A DNA stretch of 64,000 bases from the NCBI GenBank assembly GCA_964016885.1, contig OZ024741.1:290594001-290658000 (forward strand), read 5' to 3'. Of this stretch, positions 34,881 through 48,563 are shown in pieces. The notes under the pieces were generated by a model. The model saw only the letters and a program-made list of their open reading frames with translations. It did not search any database and was not told the DNA's origin. This DNA comes from Eledone cirrhosa (taxonomy: Eukaryota). The position numbers and the translations under genes were made by a program. Position 1 is the stretch's first letter. Each line of letters begins with the position of its first letter.

Positions 34881-37800
34881 TTCTCATCCAACATGGCCGT
34901 ACTCAGAATAGGCAGTATAAATGCACGTGGCCTGGGGTCATCTTGGAAGCAGGGTCATCTGCTCAATGACCTCAAGTCACTAAACATAGATGTGGTGGCC
35001 ATCAGCGAGACTAAAATCTCCGAAGCACAAGCCTTCGCACCGATCTTCGGCGGCTATGATGTATACGCATCTCCCAGCCGTCCAGGATCGGGGGGAGGGG
35101 TTGCCGTCCTTTTTCGGAGAGGCTTGGATCTCGCCATACGGGCCATCTTCCTAGACCCAGAAGGTAAGTCGGTGGTGCTGGACGTGACCGGCAGCGAAAG
35201 CAATGCTTTCAGGATAGTAGCCGTCTACACCCCAACAGGGGAAGGACGGCCAGATTGCTTCAGACGTCTAGAGACCTTTCTTGGAACGTCCCGCTCTTTA
35301 GTGTTAGTGGGCGACTGGAACGGTATCTTGGATGCACGCTGGAATTGTGTGGGGCTAGTGGATTGGGGAGGAGGGTGCAAGAGCCTCACCAACCTGCTCA
35401 GACGTTTTGAACTGTCTGACAGGTATCGACTGGATCACCCGAATGTGCCACAATTTAAAATAGTCATCTACAAGATCACAAATTTATGATCTGTGAGATC
35501 GACATAGACAGACTTCATAGACAAGGGCCCGGTTACTGGAAGCTGAACACGTCTTTCCCGGCGCGCAAAGCCTACAGAGACCGGATTAGCGTATTAGTTA
35601 AGCGGTCGTTGACGGGGGCGGTCGTCAACAACAGGCGGTGGTTCACCATGAAAAGGGCAATTAAAGTAGAGTCGATTAGGTTTAGCAAAGGAGTAGTGAT
35701 AGAGGAAAATAGAGTAGAGGGACAGCTAGTCAGAAAGCTAGAAGAGGCGTTTAGGACAGGCATCGCAACCGACGTGCTTGCGGCGAGATTGGCACTCGAC
35801 CAATTCTTCAACGCAAAACACGAAGGCTGCGTTGTCAGAGCTAGAGCGCGTGCTCTGAAACACGAGCGGACAAAAGCCGTTCAATGGGCCCGGGTGGCAG
35901 AGGCGCGACGTGGCAACAAAACCACAATTCGGTCTTTGTCTGACCAAAACGGGTGCGTGTTGCTCGAACCCGAGCTGATGTGTGAAGCTTTTCAGCAGCA
36001 CTTTGCTGAACTGTTCGGGATCAGCGGCGGCCCGGATCGGGGCATGGACTTCAGTGCATAACTCGAGGGACTGCCTCGGCTCTCGACGACCGCAGCACAG
36101 TGTTGCAGAAAGCCAATAACAGCCGGTGAAATGCGGGATGCGATGGTTAACTGCACGAGGAGTAAATCGCCAGGTTTGGATGGTCTGCCCTACGAGCTTT
36201 ATGCATTTATGCCAGACTTGTTCGGTGACCTCTTGGCAGACGTCTACTGCAACTGGCAGCAGAACAGGAGCATTCCCAGTTTTGTGAGCCGAGGAGCGGT
36301 GGCACTGCTAAGAAAAGACCCGAAAAATGGAGATGTTATCGATAATTTCAGGCCCATGACCCTGCTAAACGCAAAGTTCAAGATTTTGACCAAGATGTTA
36401 GCAACGAGGTTGGCGCTTGTCGTCAGGGTCTGGTGGGAGAGGCGCAGACATGCGCCATTCCGGACAGATCCATACACGACAACCTCCACCTCATGCAATA
36501 CATCATAGAGAGGGTGGTTAAGGAACCTGGCACGGGTGGGGCCCTGATCAACTTGGATCAATCCAAAGAATTCGATAGGGTCGACCATCGGTACCTGGCG
36601 ACGGTCCTCGAGCCAGCCGGTTTCGGGCCCGTTTTCAAGGGTTGGATCGCTGCGATGTACAGCGACATCTGCTCAGTTGTGAGGGTGACCGGTCACCTGT
36701 CGCAGCCGTTCTGCATTATGCGCTCAGTCCGCCAGGGTTGTCCCCTCTCGTCCTTTTTGTACGTATTGGCTCTCGAGCCGTTACTGCACTAATTGGGGGC
36801 GATGAGGGGCGTCCCACACGAACTAGGATGCGGGAAATCCGAGTCGGCTCTAGCCGACGACGTCACCGTTGTGCTGTCGAGCACCAGACACGTCCAGATG
36901 CTCGGCACCGCTCTCCAGGAAAACGAAGCGTTGACAGGAGCAAAGATAAACCAGGAAAAGTCAGTGGACTTGCAGCTCGGCACCTGGAGAGGCAAGTCCA
37001 TGCCGTCCTACAGCTTCGTGGGGCGTTGGACGGACGGATCGGTTAAATTGCTCGGGGTCTGGTTCGGACCGGACCTCCAGATGGAGAAAAACTGGAAAGA
37101 GGTGACGAGGAGGGTGGCCTCCTTCACCCAGAAATGGGCCGAGAAGAATCTGTCCCTGAAAGGCCGGGCGGAGGTGGCGAATGCGTACATCGCGATCCAT
37201 CTGCTGTCAACACCTGTTGCGTGGAGGACCGGGCATGCCATGGCTGATGGTGCGCAAACATGCGCTGAGACTGCAACATCTCCGGTGCTTCCTTGACGGT
37301 GAACAGGTGTGGTCGCCGTTCGCCAGGCACGTTTTCCCACAGCTCGTCTCCTTGACGGAGGTGCAGTCCTGGGTCACAAAAAGACCGAGGGATAGCGCTT
37401 GGAAACTGGAATGTCTCCAGGCGCGCACTGCCCTCTGCCAGCTGGGCACCAGTATCGGTGGAACATCTACCTCAGCGTTCTATAGAGGACTAGTGGAGTG
37501 GAAGAGCGACGACGTTCTCGGAGAGATCTTGGGCGTCGAAGAAGATCAGCTGTTTGTTCTCTTCCGGAGAAATTTCAGCCCAGGGCCTATGGATAACTTC
37601 CAAAAATCCCTGGCCTGGCAGTGATACTGAGGAGCGCTGCCAGTTTGAGATAAGCTCTACAGGCACGAAAGTGCCATCAGCCGAGCCTGTCCGAGATGCG
37701 CGCAGAGCGACGAAACCGTCGTGCACGCAGTCGTTTAGTGCCCGAGCATTGCTGACTTGTGGAGCTATGTCGAACAGTTGCTGTCGAGTGTGGGACTAAC

Positions 37801-38413
37801 CCGGTTACGACTGAGTCCATTGTGCAGATGGTCTTGCCGTCTTCCTTTGAGAAGGAAGGGGAGGCGGTTTTCATCTACTTGGTGGCCATGGTGAAAGAGA
37901 TTGTGTGGTGGACAAGGTTGAAAGGGTTAAAGACAGACACTTTCCCCTTCGGCGAAACCCTAATTAACTTTTTCAAGTTTCACTTGAAGAGGAAAATCAG
38001 GGTGGAAAGGCAAGTACTGCTTTCTAGCAAGTTTGTTGAAAGGTGGGTGAATGTAGCGAGAAAATGGTCCGAGTGAACGGGACCGCTCTGAATATACGCC
38101 TGTAGTTTGAGAGATGGAAAAATTGAGAGAGGGTGCTTGCCCTGGTGGTCAGGGTGGCTGTGGTCTTTTGTGTGGTTTTCGCAACGAGTAACCCTCGGAG
38201 GTCCCCCCGCCCCTATTGGGGAATTTTTCATTGTTTCAATTTTCATTTTTATTGTTTATATATATATATATATATGTTTCTATGTCTTTTTTCATTTCTT
38301 ATATAAATAATAAAACTATTTACACGCACAAAACCCACACCGTACCATCCTGTACCGTCCTGTGCCGTCTGTAATGTTTTTCTTGATGTCATCCCTTGTG
38401 GCCAATAAAGAAA
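34881..38413 (+). mobile_element. Tx1 family B copy B1: full-length but disrupted ORF2 (ATG 34893) plus 3' UTR, ending in (ATT)n
   Basis: MAVLRIGSINARGL, VAISET, VGDWNG, GYWKLN and RT motifs, homologous to but distinct from family A. Ends GTGGCCAATAAAGAAA|TCATCATTATT. Confidence 0.92.
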
Positions 38414-38435
38414 TCATCATTATTATTATTATCAT

Positions 38436-38807
38436 TATAGTTGCATTTATCTTGCTTTATGTTCATACGAGTTATCACCAAGTCACAACCAGTGACCTCA
38501 GGAGACAACAAGGTCCGCCATGTTCAATAAAGAACATACATACACACACATGCATCTTTAGGTGTTTAGACTTGTGATGTACTTATATTGACAGAATCTT
38601 CCTTAGTATATGGGCAGTTCCCATTAGTACTATCTTTTGTATTTCTCCTGGGATTTGCGATAAGTAATCATTGGACCCCTTAGGTATCATTCCTAGAGCG
38701 CCCACAACCACTGGTATTATTTTAGTTCTCAGTTTCCACATTTTTCCAATTTCTATCTCCAGGTTCTTATACTTGCTCAATTTTTCAAATGTTTTTATAT
38801 ATACATT
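38436..38807 (-). mobile_element. R4/Dong-type LINE 3' fragment (D1)
   Basis: Near-identical to 41425-41811. Encodes KYKNLEIEIGKMW..IPVVVGALG..QKIVLMGTAHILRK. Confidence 0.88.
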
Positions 38808-38812
38808 ATTAT

Positions 38813-38973
38813 TGTCCCTTGGAAGTCTCCCCCCTATTGGGGAATTTTTCTTTGTTATTTTATTTCAACCTCTGTTTTTTTACACGCAGAAATGCCCATT
38901 TGTACCGTCCTGTATTGTCCTGTACTGTCCTTAATGTCTACTTTATGTGAACCCTTGTGGTTAATAAAGAAAA
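38813..38973 (+). mobile_element. Tx1 family B copy B2 (distal 3' UTR only)
   Basis: Matches 39626-39792. Preceded by ATTATTATT and followed by (ATT)n at 38975-39037. Confidence 0.82.
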
Positions 38974-39036
<63 letters not shown>

Positions 39037-39039
<3 letters not shown>

Positions 39040-39792
39040 GGACAACTTCCAGAAATCCCTGGCCTGGCAGTGCTACCGAGGAGCTTTGCCAGTTCGGGAT
39101 AAACTCTACAGGCTTGGAGGTGCCGTCATCCGGGCATGTCCGAGATGCGCGCAGAGCGGCGAAACCGTCCTGCACACACTCATCCAGTGTCCGAGCATTG
39201 CTGACTTGTGGAACACCTGCTGTCGCGTGTAGGACGGATCTAGCTATCAGCTGAGTCCATCGTGAGGATTGCCCCGCCCTCTTCCTTTAGCCTGGAAGAG
39301 CAGGAAGTTTTTATCTGTCTGGTGGCCATGGCGAAAGAGATAGTATGGTGGACACGTTTGAAAGGGCTGAAGACGAGCACTTACCTCTTTGGAGATGCCC
39401 TGATTAACTTTTTCAAATTTCATTTGAAAAGGAAAATCAGAGTAGAGAGTGATGTGCTATCTTCCCAGCATTTTGTTGAAAGATGGGTGAGAGAGGCAAG
39501 AATGGCCCGAGTGAATGGGCCTACTCTGAGTATGTGTCTGTAAATTAAAGGTGGAAAACTGGGAGAGAGCACTTGCCTTGGTGGTCAGGGCCACTGTGGG
39601 CTTTTTAACGGGCTTTCTCCACGAATGTCCCTTGGAAGTCTCCCCCCTATTGGGGAATTTTTTCATTGTTCTATTATTACATCCTCTGTTTCTTGTTTTT
39701 TACACGCATAAATGCCCATTTGTACCGCCCTGTATTGTCCTGTACTGTCCTTAATGTCTACTTTATGTAAACCCTTGTGGTTAATAAAGAAA
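39037..39792 (+). mobile_element. Tx1 family B copy B3 (ORF2 C-terminus plus 3' UTR) between (ATT)n tracts
   Basis: MDNFQKSLAWQCYRG..CPRCAQSGETVLHTLIQC..GPTLSMCL*; (ATT)n on both sides. Confidence 0.88.
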
Positions 39793-39804
39793 TCATTATT
39801 ATTA

Positions 39805-39866
<62 letters not shown>

Positions 39867-39867
<1 letters not shown>

Positions 39868-40340
39868 TTTGCGTCTCAGTCATTCATGTTATTTAACTGG
39901 AAAGTTTGTTGGAATGAATATCAAGCCGCTACCTGCAGCCTCAGATATTCAGGACGTATCGGAGGGTTCTTGCTGTTCCCAGCAAGCATAGCTTTTGAAG
40001 TGTTCCAAAAAGCGGGGCTGGACTAATCTTCTTTAATAATCCTTGGAAACTCCTTGAGATAGTACCTAGTGGTCCTATGATAATCGGGACGACCTTGATC
40101 TCATGGCAGTTCCAAATCCTTTTTAACTCCCACTTTAAATCCTGGTATCTGTTAATTTTCTCCCTCTCCTTCTCTTGCACTCTCGTATCAAATGGGCAGG
40201 ATATATCTACAATCAGGCACGATCTTTTTTCCTTGTCAAAACCACCAGGTCAGGCCTGTTGTATTCTAATTTCTTGTCCGCCTGTATCCTAAAATCCCAT
40301 AGCACTTGATCCTTTTCTATTACCGACTCTGGCTTTTGGT
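39867..40340 (-). mobile_element. Second, diverged R4/Dong-type LINE 3' fragment (D2)
   Basis: VLWDF, RPDL, IVDISCP, EKINRYQDLKWEL..VVPIIIGPLG..LQKLCLLGTARTLR (restriction-like endonuclease end). Its 3' end abuts (TAA)n. Confidence 0.82.
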
Positions 40341-41181
40341 GGCAAGTAGCTCTTCACGGTAGCGGTTAATATACGTAACCTGCATCCAAAGAAGGTGGGT
40401 TTCAATACCTTGCTTGCGCCTCTGTACACTACCTTTTGTCACCGGGGGTGATAACAGGGGTGATTTTCACAACTATTATGTATAGAGATAGACAACTACT
40501 AAATTTTATTAATGCTTCTTAAGTCAGCATTGATATATATGTGTGAGTGCGTGTGTATGTGTGTGTTTGTCTGTGTGTGCATGTGTTTGTGTGTGTGTGT
40601 GCGTGTGTATGTGTATTTGTACCTGTGCACTCACACGCAAACACCCACGCTAAGAAACGTGTGATTACTCGACCTGCTAGAAATAGTACGTATATCTTTT
40701 TCAAACTTCATCCTGCCTCTTAAATTCTTTTCTGGTGTTGAAGGTGTGCCTTTCAGCTCACGTATATCTTTGTGACATATTATAGCTGAGAATCATCGAT
40801 AACGGAAGCGTAACATGCAATATATAATCAGTAGTTTAAGCGTCAAAATTTGCGGGTCATAAAGTCAGTGTCTCAAACATATTATATTTAGTAGAATATA
40901 GTGTGTATACTTATTTGAATACAGTGTGGCCTCTAATGTTTCGTTAAAAATTATTAATATATTTCATACCCTTATGCAATATTATATCGTTTATTTCCAT
41001 ATCCGTACATTTATCCTAAGTTTCTTTACTGAAGATGTAATAGATAGATGAATAACCCTATAGCACCAACCTCTTGTATTTAAAAAGCATTCACTGTTTC
41101 AAAATCAGATCCAATAGTAGTTTTACATTAGTTGTTAGATGTCTCGTGGTACCTGCCTTTATATATATATATATATATATA

Positions 41182-41365
41182 TGGATTGGCAGTATCGGTA
41201 GAGGGTCGGACGCCATGCTTTGCAGCAAAGAGTTATGGCCCTTTATGGTCTGAGTTCAAATCCCGCCGAGGTTAACTTTGCCTTTCATCCTTACGGGTCG
41301 ATGAAATAAAGTACCAGTAATGCGCTGAAATAATTGTTGGCCTTGTGCCAAAAGTGAAATAATTA
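41182..41365 (+). mobile_element. tRNA-derived SINE
   Basis: Same family as 17404-17591. Its tail runs into an (ATT)n tract. Confidence 0.85.
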
Positions 41366-41424
41366 TTATTTAAATAAAAAAATAAATTAAATAAAGAAAT
41401 TATTATTATTATTATTATTAATAT

Positions 41425-44122
41425 TACAGTTGCATTTATCTTGCTTTATGTTCATACGAGTTATCACCAAGTCACAACCAGTGAACTCAAGAGACAACAA
41501 GGTCCGCCATGTTCAAGAAAGAACATACATACTCACACATGCATCTTTAGGTGTTTTGACTTGTGATGTACTTATATTGACATAATCTTCCTTAGTATAC
41601 GGGCAGTTCCCATTAGTACTATCTTTTGTATTTCTCCTATACGCGGGTTTCCTGGGATTTGCGATAAGTAACCATTAGACCCCTTAGGTATCATTCCTAG
41701 AGCGCCTACAACCACTGGTATTGTTTTAGTTCTCAATTTCCACATTTTTCCAATTTCTATCTCCAGGTCCTTATACTTGCTCAATTTTTCAAATGTTTTT
41801 ATAGATACATTCTTGTCTATTGGAACGGACATATCAATTAGCAGGCATACCCTCTTTTTAAAGTCCTTCAGTATTATATCAGGCCTATTTGCATCTATTT
41901 TTCGGTCTGTTTGGATGCTAAAGTTCCACAAGATTGAGATGTGATCTTTTTCAAGTATGGGAGGTGGTTGATGCTCCCACCAATTCTTTTGATGGGGCAG
42001 GTCAAAATGCTTACACATTATCCAATGTATGTATTGTGCAGCTCTGTCATGCATGTTTAGGTATTCGGTTGGAGCTATAGGACTGCACATTGAAATTATA
42101 TGGTCAATGGTCTCTGGTTGTTTTTTACATACACGGAATAATGGGCTGCATCCATTTTTTATTATGTTGGCTTGGTAATTTTTTGTTGGCAGACACTGAT
42201 CTTGTGCTGATATAATCAGTCCTTCAGTCTGAGATTTCAGTCCAGAGGATACCAACCACTGATGGGTTAAAGTTTTGTCAACATCAGTATTGTTAGCTCG
42301 TTCTGGGTATTTTCCATACAGAGGCTTTTCTTGCCATTTCTTAGCCAGTTTGTGTAGCAGTTCTTTCTTTGCAGTTACTTTTACCTGCTTTGCTTTTTCT
42401 GTGTTTTCCATTTCAGCAGTAAATGGGACTTCTGAAATTTGTAGTCCATTACTGTATCTTTGTGCATCTTTTGTAATGGAGTATGATCTTTTGATGCTTT
42501 CGTGTTTCAAAACGAGTTTGATCATCCAATCATGTGATTCCCTTAGATATGTAGATAATCCAATTGTTGCAGTTTTCAATACAATGTCTAACTGGACTAA
42601 CCCACGTCCTCATTCTTTCCTAGGGAGATATATTCTATCTGTATCTGCCTTAGGGTGATGCATTCTGTGCATGGTTAAGAATTTTCGAATTTTTGTATCA
42701 AGCCTACAGATCTCTGTGCTTGACTAGTTGATGACATTGTAACTGTAGGTTACTACTGGTATGGCAAGCGTGTTTATGGCATCGATCCTATTCCTTGCAT
42801 TCAATTCCGTTTTTAAGATTGCTCTTACTCTGCGGTAACATTCCTTCCTTATCCTTTCCCTCATTGTCGAGTGCTTGATTCCGTCTCCTTCAGAAACACC
42901 TAGATATTTGTAAGTTTCCTCTTGATCAAGTTCTCTTATCACATTCCCCCGATCAAGATTAATGTCTGAACTTTTCAGCAGCTTTCCTCTGGTGAACGTT
43001 GCTTTGGCGCACTTATCTAGTCCAAACTCCATTTTAATGTCATCACTGAACTGCTTCACAGTGGATAATAGCCCTAGTTTCAGGTCATCCATGTAGAACA
43101 AGTGATTAATGGTTTTGTCATAGACTTTATATCCATGTTTTGTTTCATTGAGCATTTTACTTAATGGTATAAGTACGATGCAGAATAAAAGCAGTGATAA
43201 AGAGTCACCCTGAAAAATTCCACAATTAATATTAACTTCTCCAGCTTCCAGTGATTTTGTTTCACTATTCAAAAGGAGTGTCGTTTTCCATGTCTTCATA
43301 CTGAATGACAAAAACCTCCTGACAACGGGAGATATTTTGAAAATCTCTAAACATTTTTCAATCCAACTGTGTGGCAAACTATCAAATGCTTTTTTATAAT
43401 CTATCCAAGCAATCGATAGATTTTTGTGTCTATTATGACAATCTTCCAGTATCATTTTGTTAACCAGAAGCTGATCCTTACAGCCATATGAGCCTCGTTT
43501 ACACCCTTTCTGCTCAATGGGAAATAGGTCATTTGTTATCAGGTGGTCATATGTATATTCAGTTAGGACTGATGTGAAAATTTTATACAGTGTGGTCAAG
43601 CAAGTTATCGGTCTGTAATTTTTGGGATTGTTTGTCTCATCATTCTTCGGAAGCAGGAATGTAATGCCGTTAACTAGCCATGATGGTATCTTTTCTGGCT
43701 CCTTAACTATTTCATTGTAAAGTTGGGCTAACAGCTCATGAGACTCTGTGAAGGCATTTATCCAAACATTTTGTATTTTGTCTTTTTCTGGGGATTTCCA
43801 TTTGCTGGTTTTTCTAAGAACCAAACGCAACTGCTCAACTGTTATATTTTCCCATATTTGTTCCTCAAGGTGAGCTGTATCTTTCATTTGTCTGTCTATC
43901 CATGGGGCATGTATATTATGAACTTTTTCTTCAGCCCAGATCTTTTCCCAGAATTCTTGCACTTCTTTCTTGGGTGGTATTGATTTAGCAGTTATTGTTG
44001 ACTTACCAATTTTTCTGTAGAAGTTTCTTTGGTTGTTTTTGAACATATTATTGTCCTTATAGAATCTAGATCGTTTTTCAAAGCGCCTTATACGAGCGGC
44101 TTTGGCCGACACTTTTTGCTTG
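41425..44122 (-). mobile_element. R4/Dong-clade non-LTR element (RT, CCHC, PD-(D/E)xK endonuclease), 5'-truncated, flanked by (TAA)n on both sides (D3)
   Basis: ORFs 42724-44112 and 41572-42579 are in one frame split by a single stop. Motifs: NYRPITCL, EQKGC, WIDYKKAFDS, GIFQGDSLS, FYMDDLKL, YKYLG, AQDQ, RVC..ETIDHIISMC, RPDI..LID..P..EK..KY. Confidence 0.92.
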
Positions 44123-44157
44123 ATTATTTATTATTATTATTATTATTAACATTATTA

Positions 44158-44221
<64 letters not shown>
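44123..44221. repeat. (ATT)n microsatellite separating the divergent 5' ends of D3 and B4
   Basis: Direct observation. Confidence 0.95.
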
Positions 44222-44222
<1 letters not shown>

Positions 44223-47200
44223 ACAATAACTACATTTGAAGTAGCTACACCAACAACAAAATTGCCGAAGAGGGCTCCACTACCACCACCAGCCGCCGTG
44301 GAGCACATACCCCTCCCAGACGCCACAGAATCCGACATGGAGGTTGAGGCGGGAGTGAAGTGGCAAACGGTCTGCCACAAAAAAGAAAAAAGAAAAAAAC
44401 CCTTAGATTCACCCCCAAAAGTGAAGGCATACAAAGAGGAGTAAAGGCAGCAAGGAAACTTGCAGCAACACCACCACCATCACCACCACAAGCACCACTG
44501 ACAGCAACAACCACACCACCACCAGCATCACCAAAAACACCAACAACGCAAACTCAACAAGACACACACACCAAACAGCAACAAAATCACCCCCCCCCCC
44601 AAAAAAAAAATACATAGCTATAAACATAGCAAAAACAGAACTCATACAATATATAAAGCAGCACACATAGATCACAGAAAAAAACTACTACACCCCACCA
44701 AAAAAAAAGAACTCTCCCGACAAACATAAGCATCATTGAAATCACAATAGAACAGTACAAACCTTTAAAACAAAAATTCCTCAACGCGGTTGGAGACTTC
44801 AGAGGGTCGGTTACCAAGAGGATATACACTGACATCCTCTTGGAAACACCCATGATCAGCGAAAGGGACGGTTCTACTGTCCCTTCACCACATGTACTCA
44901 GAATAGGCAGTATAAATGCACGTGGCCTGGGGTCATCTTGGAAGAAGTGTCACCTGCTCAACAACCTCAGGTCACTAAACATAGATGTGGTGGCCATCAG
45001 TGAGACCAGAATCTCCGAAGCACAAGCCTTCGCACCGATCTTCGGCGGCTACGATGTATACGCATCTCTCAGCCGTCCAGGATCGAGGGGAGGGGTTGCC
45101 GTCTTTTTTCGGTGAGGCTTGGAGCTCGCCATACGGGCCATCTTCCTAGACCCAGAAGGTAAGTCGGTGGTGCTGGACGTGACCGGGAGCGAAGGCAATG
45201 CTTTCAGGCTAGTAGCCGTCTACGCCCCAACAGGGGAGTGACGGCCAGATTTCTTCAGACGTCTCGAGACCTTTCTGGGAACGTCCTGCTCTTTAGTGTT
45301 AGTGGGCGACTGGAACGGTATCTTGGATGCACGCTGGGATTGTGTGGGGCTAGTGGATAGAGGAGGAGGGTGCAAGAGCCTCACCAACCTGCTCAGATGT
45401 TTTGAACTGTCTGACAGGTATCGACTAGATCATGCGAATGTGCCAATGTGGACATGGACAAACCGCATCGGGACATCCAGATCGTATCTCGATAGGGTAT
45501 TCTGAGAACTAGATAAGGCTAGTATAAGTTATCCACAATTTAAAATAGTCGACTACACAGAGCACAAATTTGTGATCTGTGAGATCGACATAGACAAACT
45601 TCATAGACAAGGGCCTGGTTACTGGAAGCTGAACGCGTCTTTCCCGGCGCGCAAAGCCTACAGAGACGGGATTAGCGTATTAGTTAAGCGGGCGTTGACG
45701 GGAGCGGTCGTCAACAGGTGGTGGTTCGCCCTGAAAAGGGCAATTAAAGTAGAGTCGATTAGGTTTAGCAAAGGACTAGTGATAGAGGAAAATAGAGTAG
45801 AGGGAGAGCTAGTCAGAAAGCTAGAGGAGGCGTTTAGGGCAAGGATCGCAACCGACGTGCTTGCGGCGAGATTGGCACTCGACCAATTCTTCAACGCAAA
45901 ACACGAAGGCTGCGTTGTCAGAGCTAGAGCGCGTGCTCTGAAACACGAGGGGACAAAAGCCGTCCAATCGGCCCGGGTGGCAGAGGTGCGACGTGGCAAC
46001 AAATCCACAATTCGGTCTTTGTCTGACCAAAACGGGTGCGTGATGCTCGAACCCTTGCGGATGTGTGAAGCTTTTCAGCAGCACTTTGCTGCACTGTTCG
46101 CGAGCAGCGGCGGCCCGGATCGGGGCATGGACTTCAGTGCATACCTCGACGGACTGCCTCGGCTCTCGACGACCGCGCAGCATAGTGTTGCGAAAAGCCA
46201 ATAACAGCTGGTGAAATACGGGATGCGATGGCTAACTGCACAAGGGGTAAATCGCCAGGTTTGGATGGTCTGCCCTACGAGCTTTATGCATTTATGCCAG
46301 ACTTGTTCGGTGACCTCTTGGTAGACGTCTACTGCAACTGGCAGCAGAACGGGAGCATTCCCAGTTTTGTGAGCCGGGGAACAGTGGCGCTGCTGAGAAA
46401 AGACCCTAACAAGGGGGATATTATCGATAATTTCCGGCCCATAACCCTGCTAAACGCAAAGTTCAAGATTTTGGCCAAGGTGTTAGCAACGAGGTTGGCG
46501 CTTCTCGTCAAGGGTCTGGTGGGAGAGGCGCAGACATGCGCCATTCCGGACAGATCCATACACGACAACCTCCACCTCATGCGATACATCATAGAGAGGG
46601 TGGTTAAGGAACCTGGCACGGGTGGGGCCCTAATAAATTGGATCAATCCAAAGCATTCGATAGGGTCGACCATCGGTACCTGCGGCGGTCCTCGAGGCAG
46701 CCGGTTTCGAGCCCGTTTTCAGGGGTTGCATCGCAGAAATGTACAGCGACATCTGCTCAGTTGTGAGGGTGAACGGTCACCTGTCGCAGCCGTTCAGCAT
46801 CATGCGTTCAGTCCGCCAGTGTTGTCCCATCTCGTACCTCTTGTACGCATTGGCTCTCGAGCCGTTACTGCACATACTGGGGGCGATGAGGGGCGTCCCA
46901 CGCGAACTAGGATGCGGGAAATCCGAGTCGGCTTGCGCCGACGACATCGCCTTGGTGGTTCCGAGCACCAGACACGTCCTGATGCTCGGCACCGCTCTCA
47001 AGGAATACGAAGCGGTGACAGGAGCAAAGCTAAACCAGTAAAAGTTGGTGGGCTTGCAGCTCGGCACCTGGAGCGGCAAGTCCATGCCGTCCGACAGCGT
47101 CGTGGGGCGTTGGACGGACGGACCGGTTAAATTGCTCGGGGTCTGGTTCAGACCGGGCCTCCAGATGGAGAAAAACTGGAACAGGGTAACGAGGAGGTTT

Positions 47201-48492
47201 GCCTCCCTCACCCAGAAATGAGCCGAGAAGGAGCTGTCCCTGAAAGGCCGGGCGGAGATGATGAATGCGTACATCGCATCCGTCATCTGCTACCGCCTCA
47301 CCGTCGTTCCTTGCTCCAGCCCATCTCTCACCAAAATGGAGCGCCTCCTCTTCCGCTTTTTGTGGAAGGGACGCGCTCCCATGGTCAGACGATCCATCTG
47401 CTGTCAAAACCCGTTGCGTGGAGGACTGGGCATGCCATGGCTGATGATGCGCAAACATGCGCTGAGGCTGCGACATCTCTGGTGCTTCCTTGACGGTGAA
47501 CAGGTGTGGTCGCCGTTCGCCAGGCACGTTTTCCCACAGCTCTTCTCCTTGACGGAGCTGCAGTCCTGGGTCAGAAAAAGACCGAGGTATAGCGCTTGGA
47601 AACTGGAATGTCTCCAGGCGCTCACTGCCATCTGCCAGCTGGGCACTAGTATCGGTGGAACATCCACCTCGGCGTTCTATAGAGGACTAGTAGAGGGGAA
47701 GAGCGACGTCATTCTTGGAGAGATCCTGGGCTTCGAAGAAGATCAGCTGTTTGCTCTCTTCCGGAGAACTTTCAGCCCAAGGTCTATGGATAACTTCCTA
47801 AAATCCCTGGCCTGGCAGTGCTACCGGGGAGCGCTGCCGGTTCGAGATAAGCTCTACAGGCACGGAAGTGCCGTCAGCCGAGCCTGTCCGAGATGCGCGC
47901 AGAGCGACGAAACCGTCATGCACGCACTCGTTCAGTGTCCGAGCATTGCTGACTTGTGGAGCTATGTCGAACAGTTGCTGTCGCGTGTAGGACTGATCCG
48001 GTTATCGACTGAGTCCATTGTGCAGATGGTCTCGCCGCCTTCCTTCGAGGAAGAAGGGCAGGCGGTTTTCATCTACTTGGTGGCCATGGCAAAAGAGAGG
48101 AAAATCAGGGTGGAGAGGCAAGTGCTGCCTTCTAGCAACTTTGTTGAAAGGTGGGTGAATGTAGCGAGAATGGTCCGAGTGAACGGGACCGCTCTGAATA
48201 CACGTCTGTAATTTGAGAAACGTAAAAATTGAGAGAGGGCGTTTGCCCTGGTGGTCAGGGTGGCCGTGGTCTTTTGTGTGGTTTTCGCCACGAGTAACCC
48301 TCGGAGGTCGTCCCCCTATTGGGGAATTTATCATTGTTTCAATTTTCATTTTTATTGTTTATATATATATATGTTTCTATGTCCTTTTTTTTCTTTTCTC
48401 ATAAATAATAAAAATATTTACACGCACAAAACCCACACCGTACCGTCCTGTGCCGTCTGTAATGTTTTTCTTGATGTCAGCCCTTGTGGAAA
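44222..48492 (+). mobile_element. Tx1 family B copy B4: ORF1 C-terminal part, disrupted ORF2 and 3' UTR
   Basis: ORF1-like ESDMEVE..WQTVCHKKEKRKK and a P/T-rich linker. ORF2 is colinear with B1. (ATT)n on both sides. Confidence 0.92.
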
Positions 48493-48511
48493 TCATTATT
48501 ATTATTATCAT

Positions 48512-48563
48512 TATAGTTGCATTTATCTTGCTTTATGTTCATACGAGTTATCACCAAGTCACA
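48512..48563 (-). mobile_element. R4/Dong 3'-terminal stub (D4)
   Basis: Identical to 38436-38487. Confidence 0.8.
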
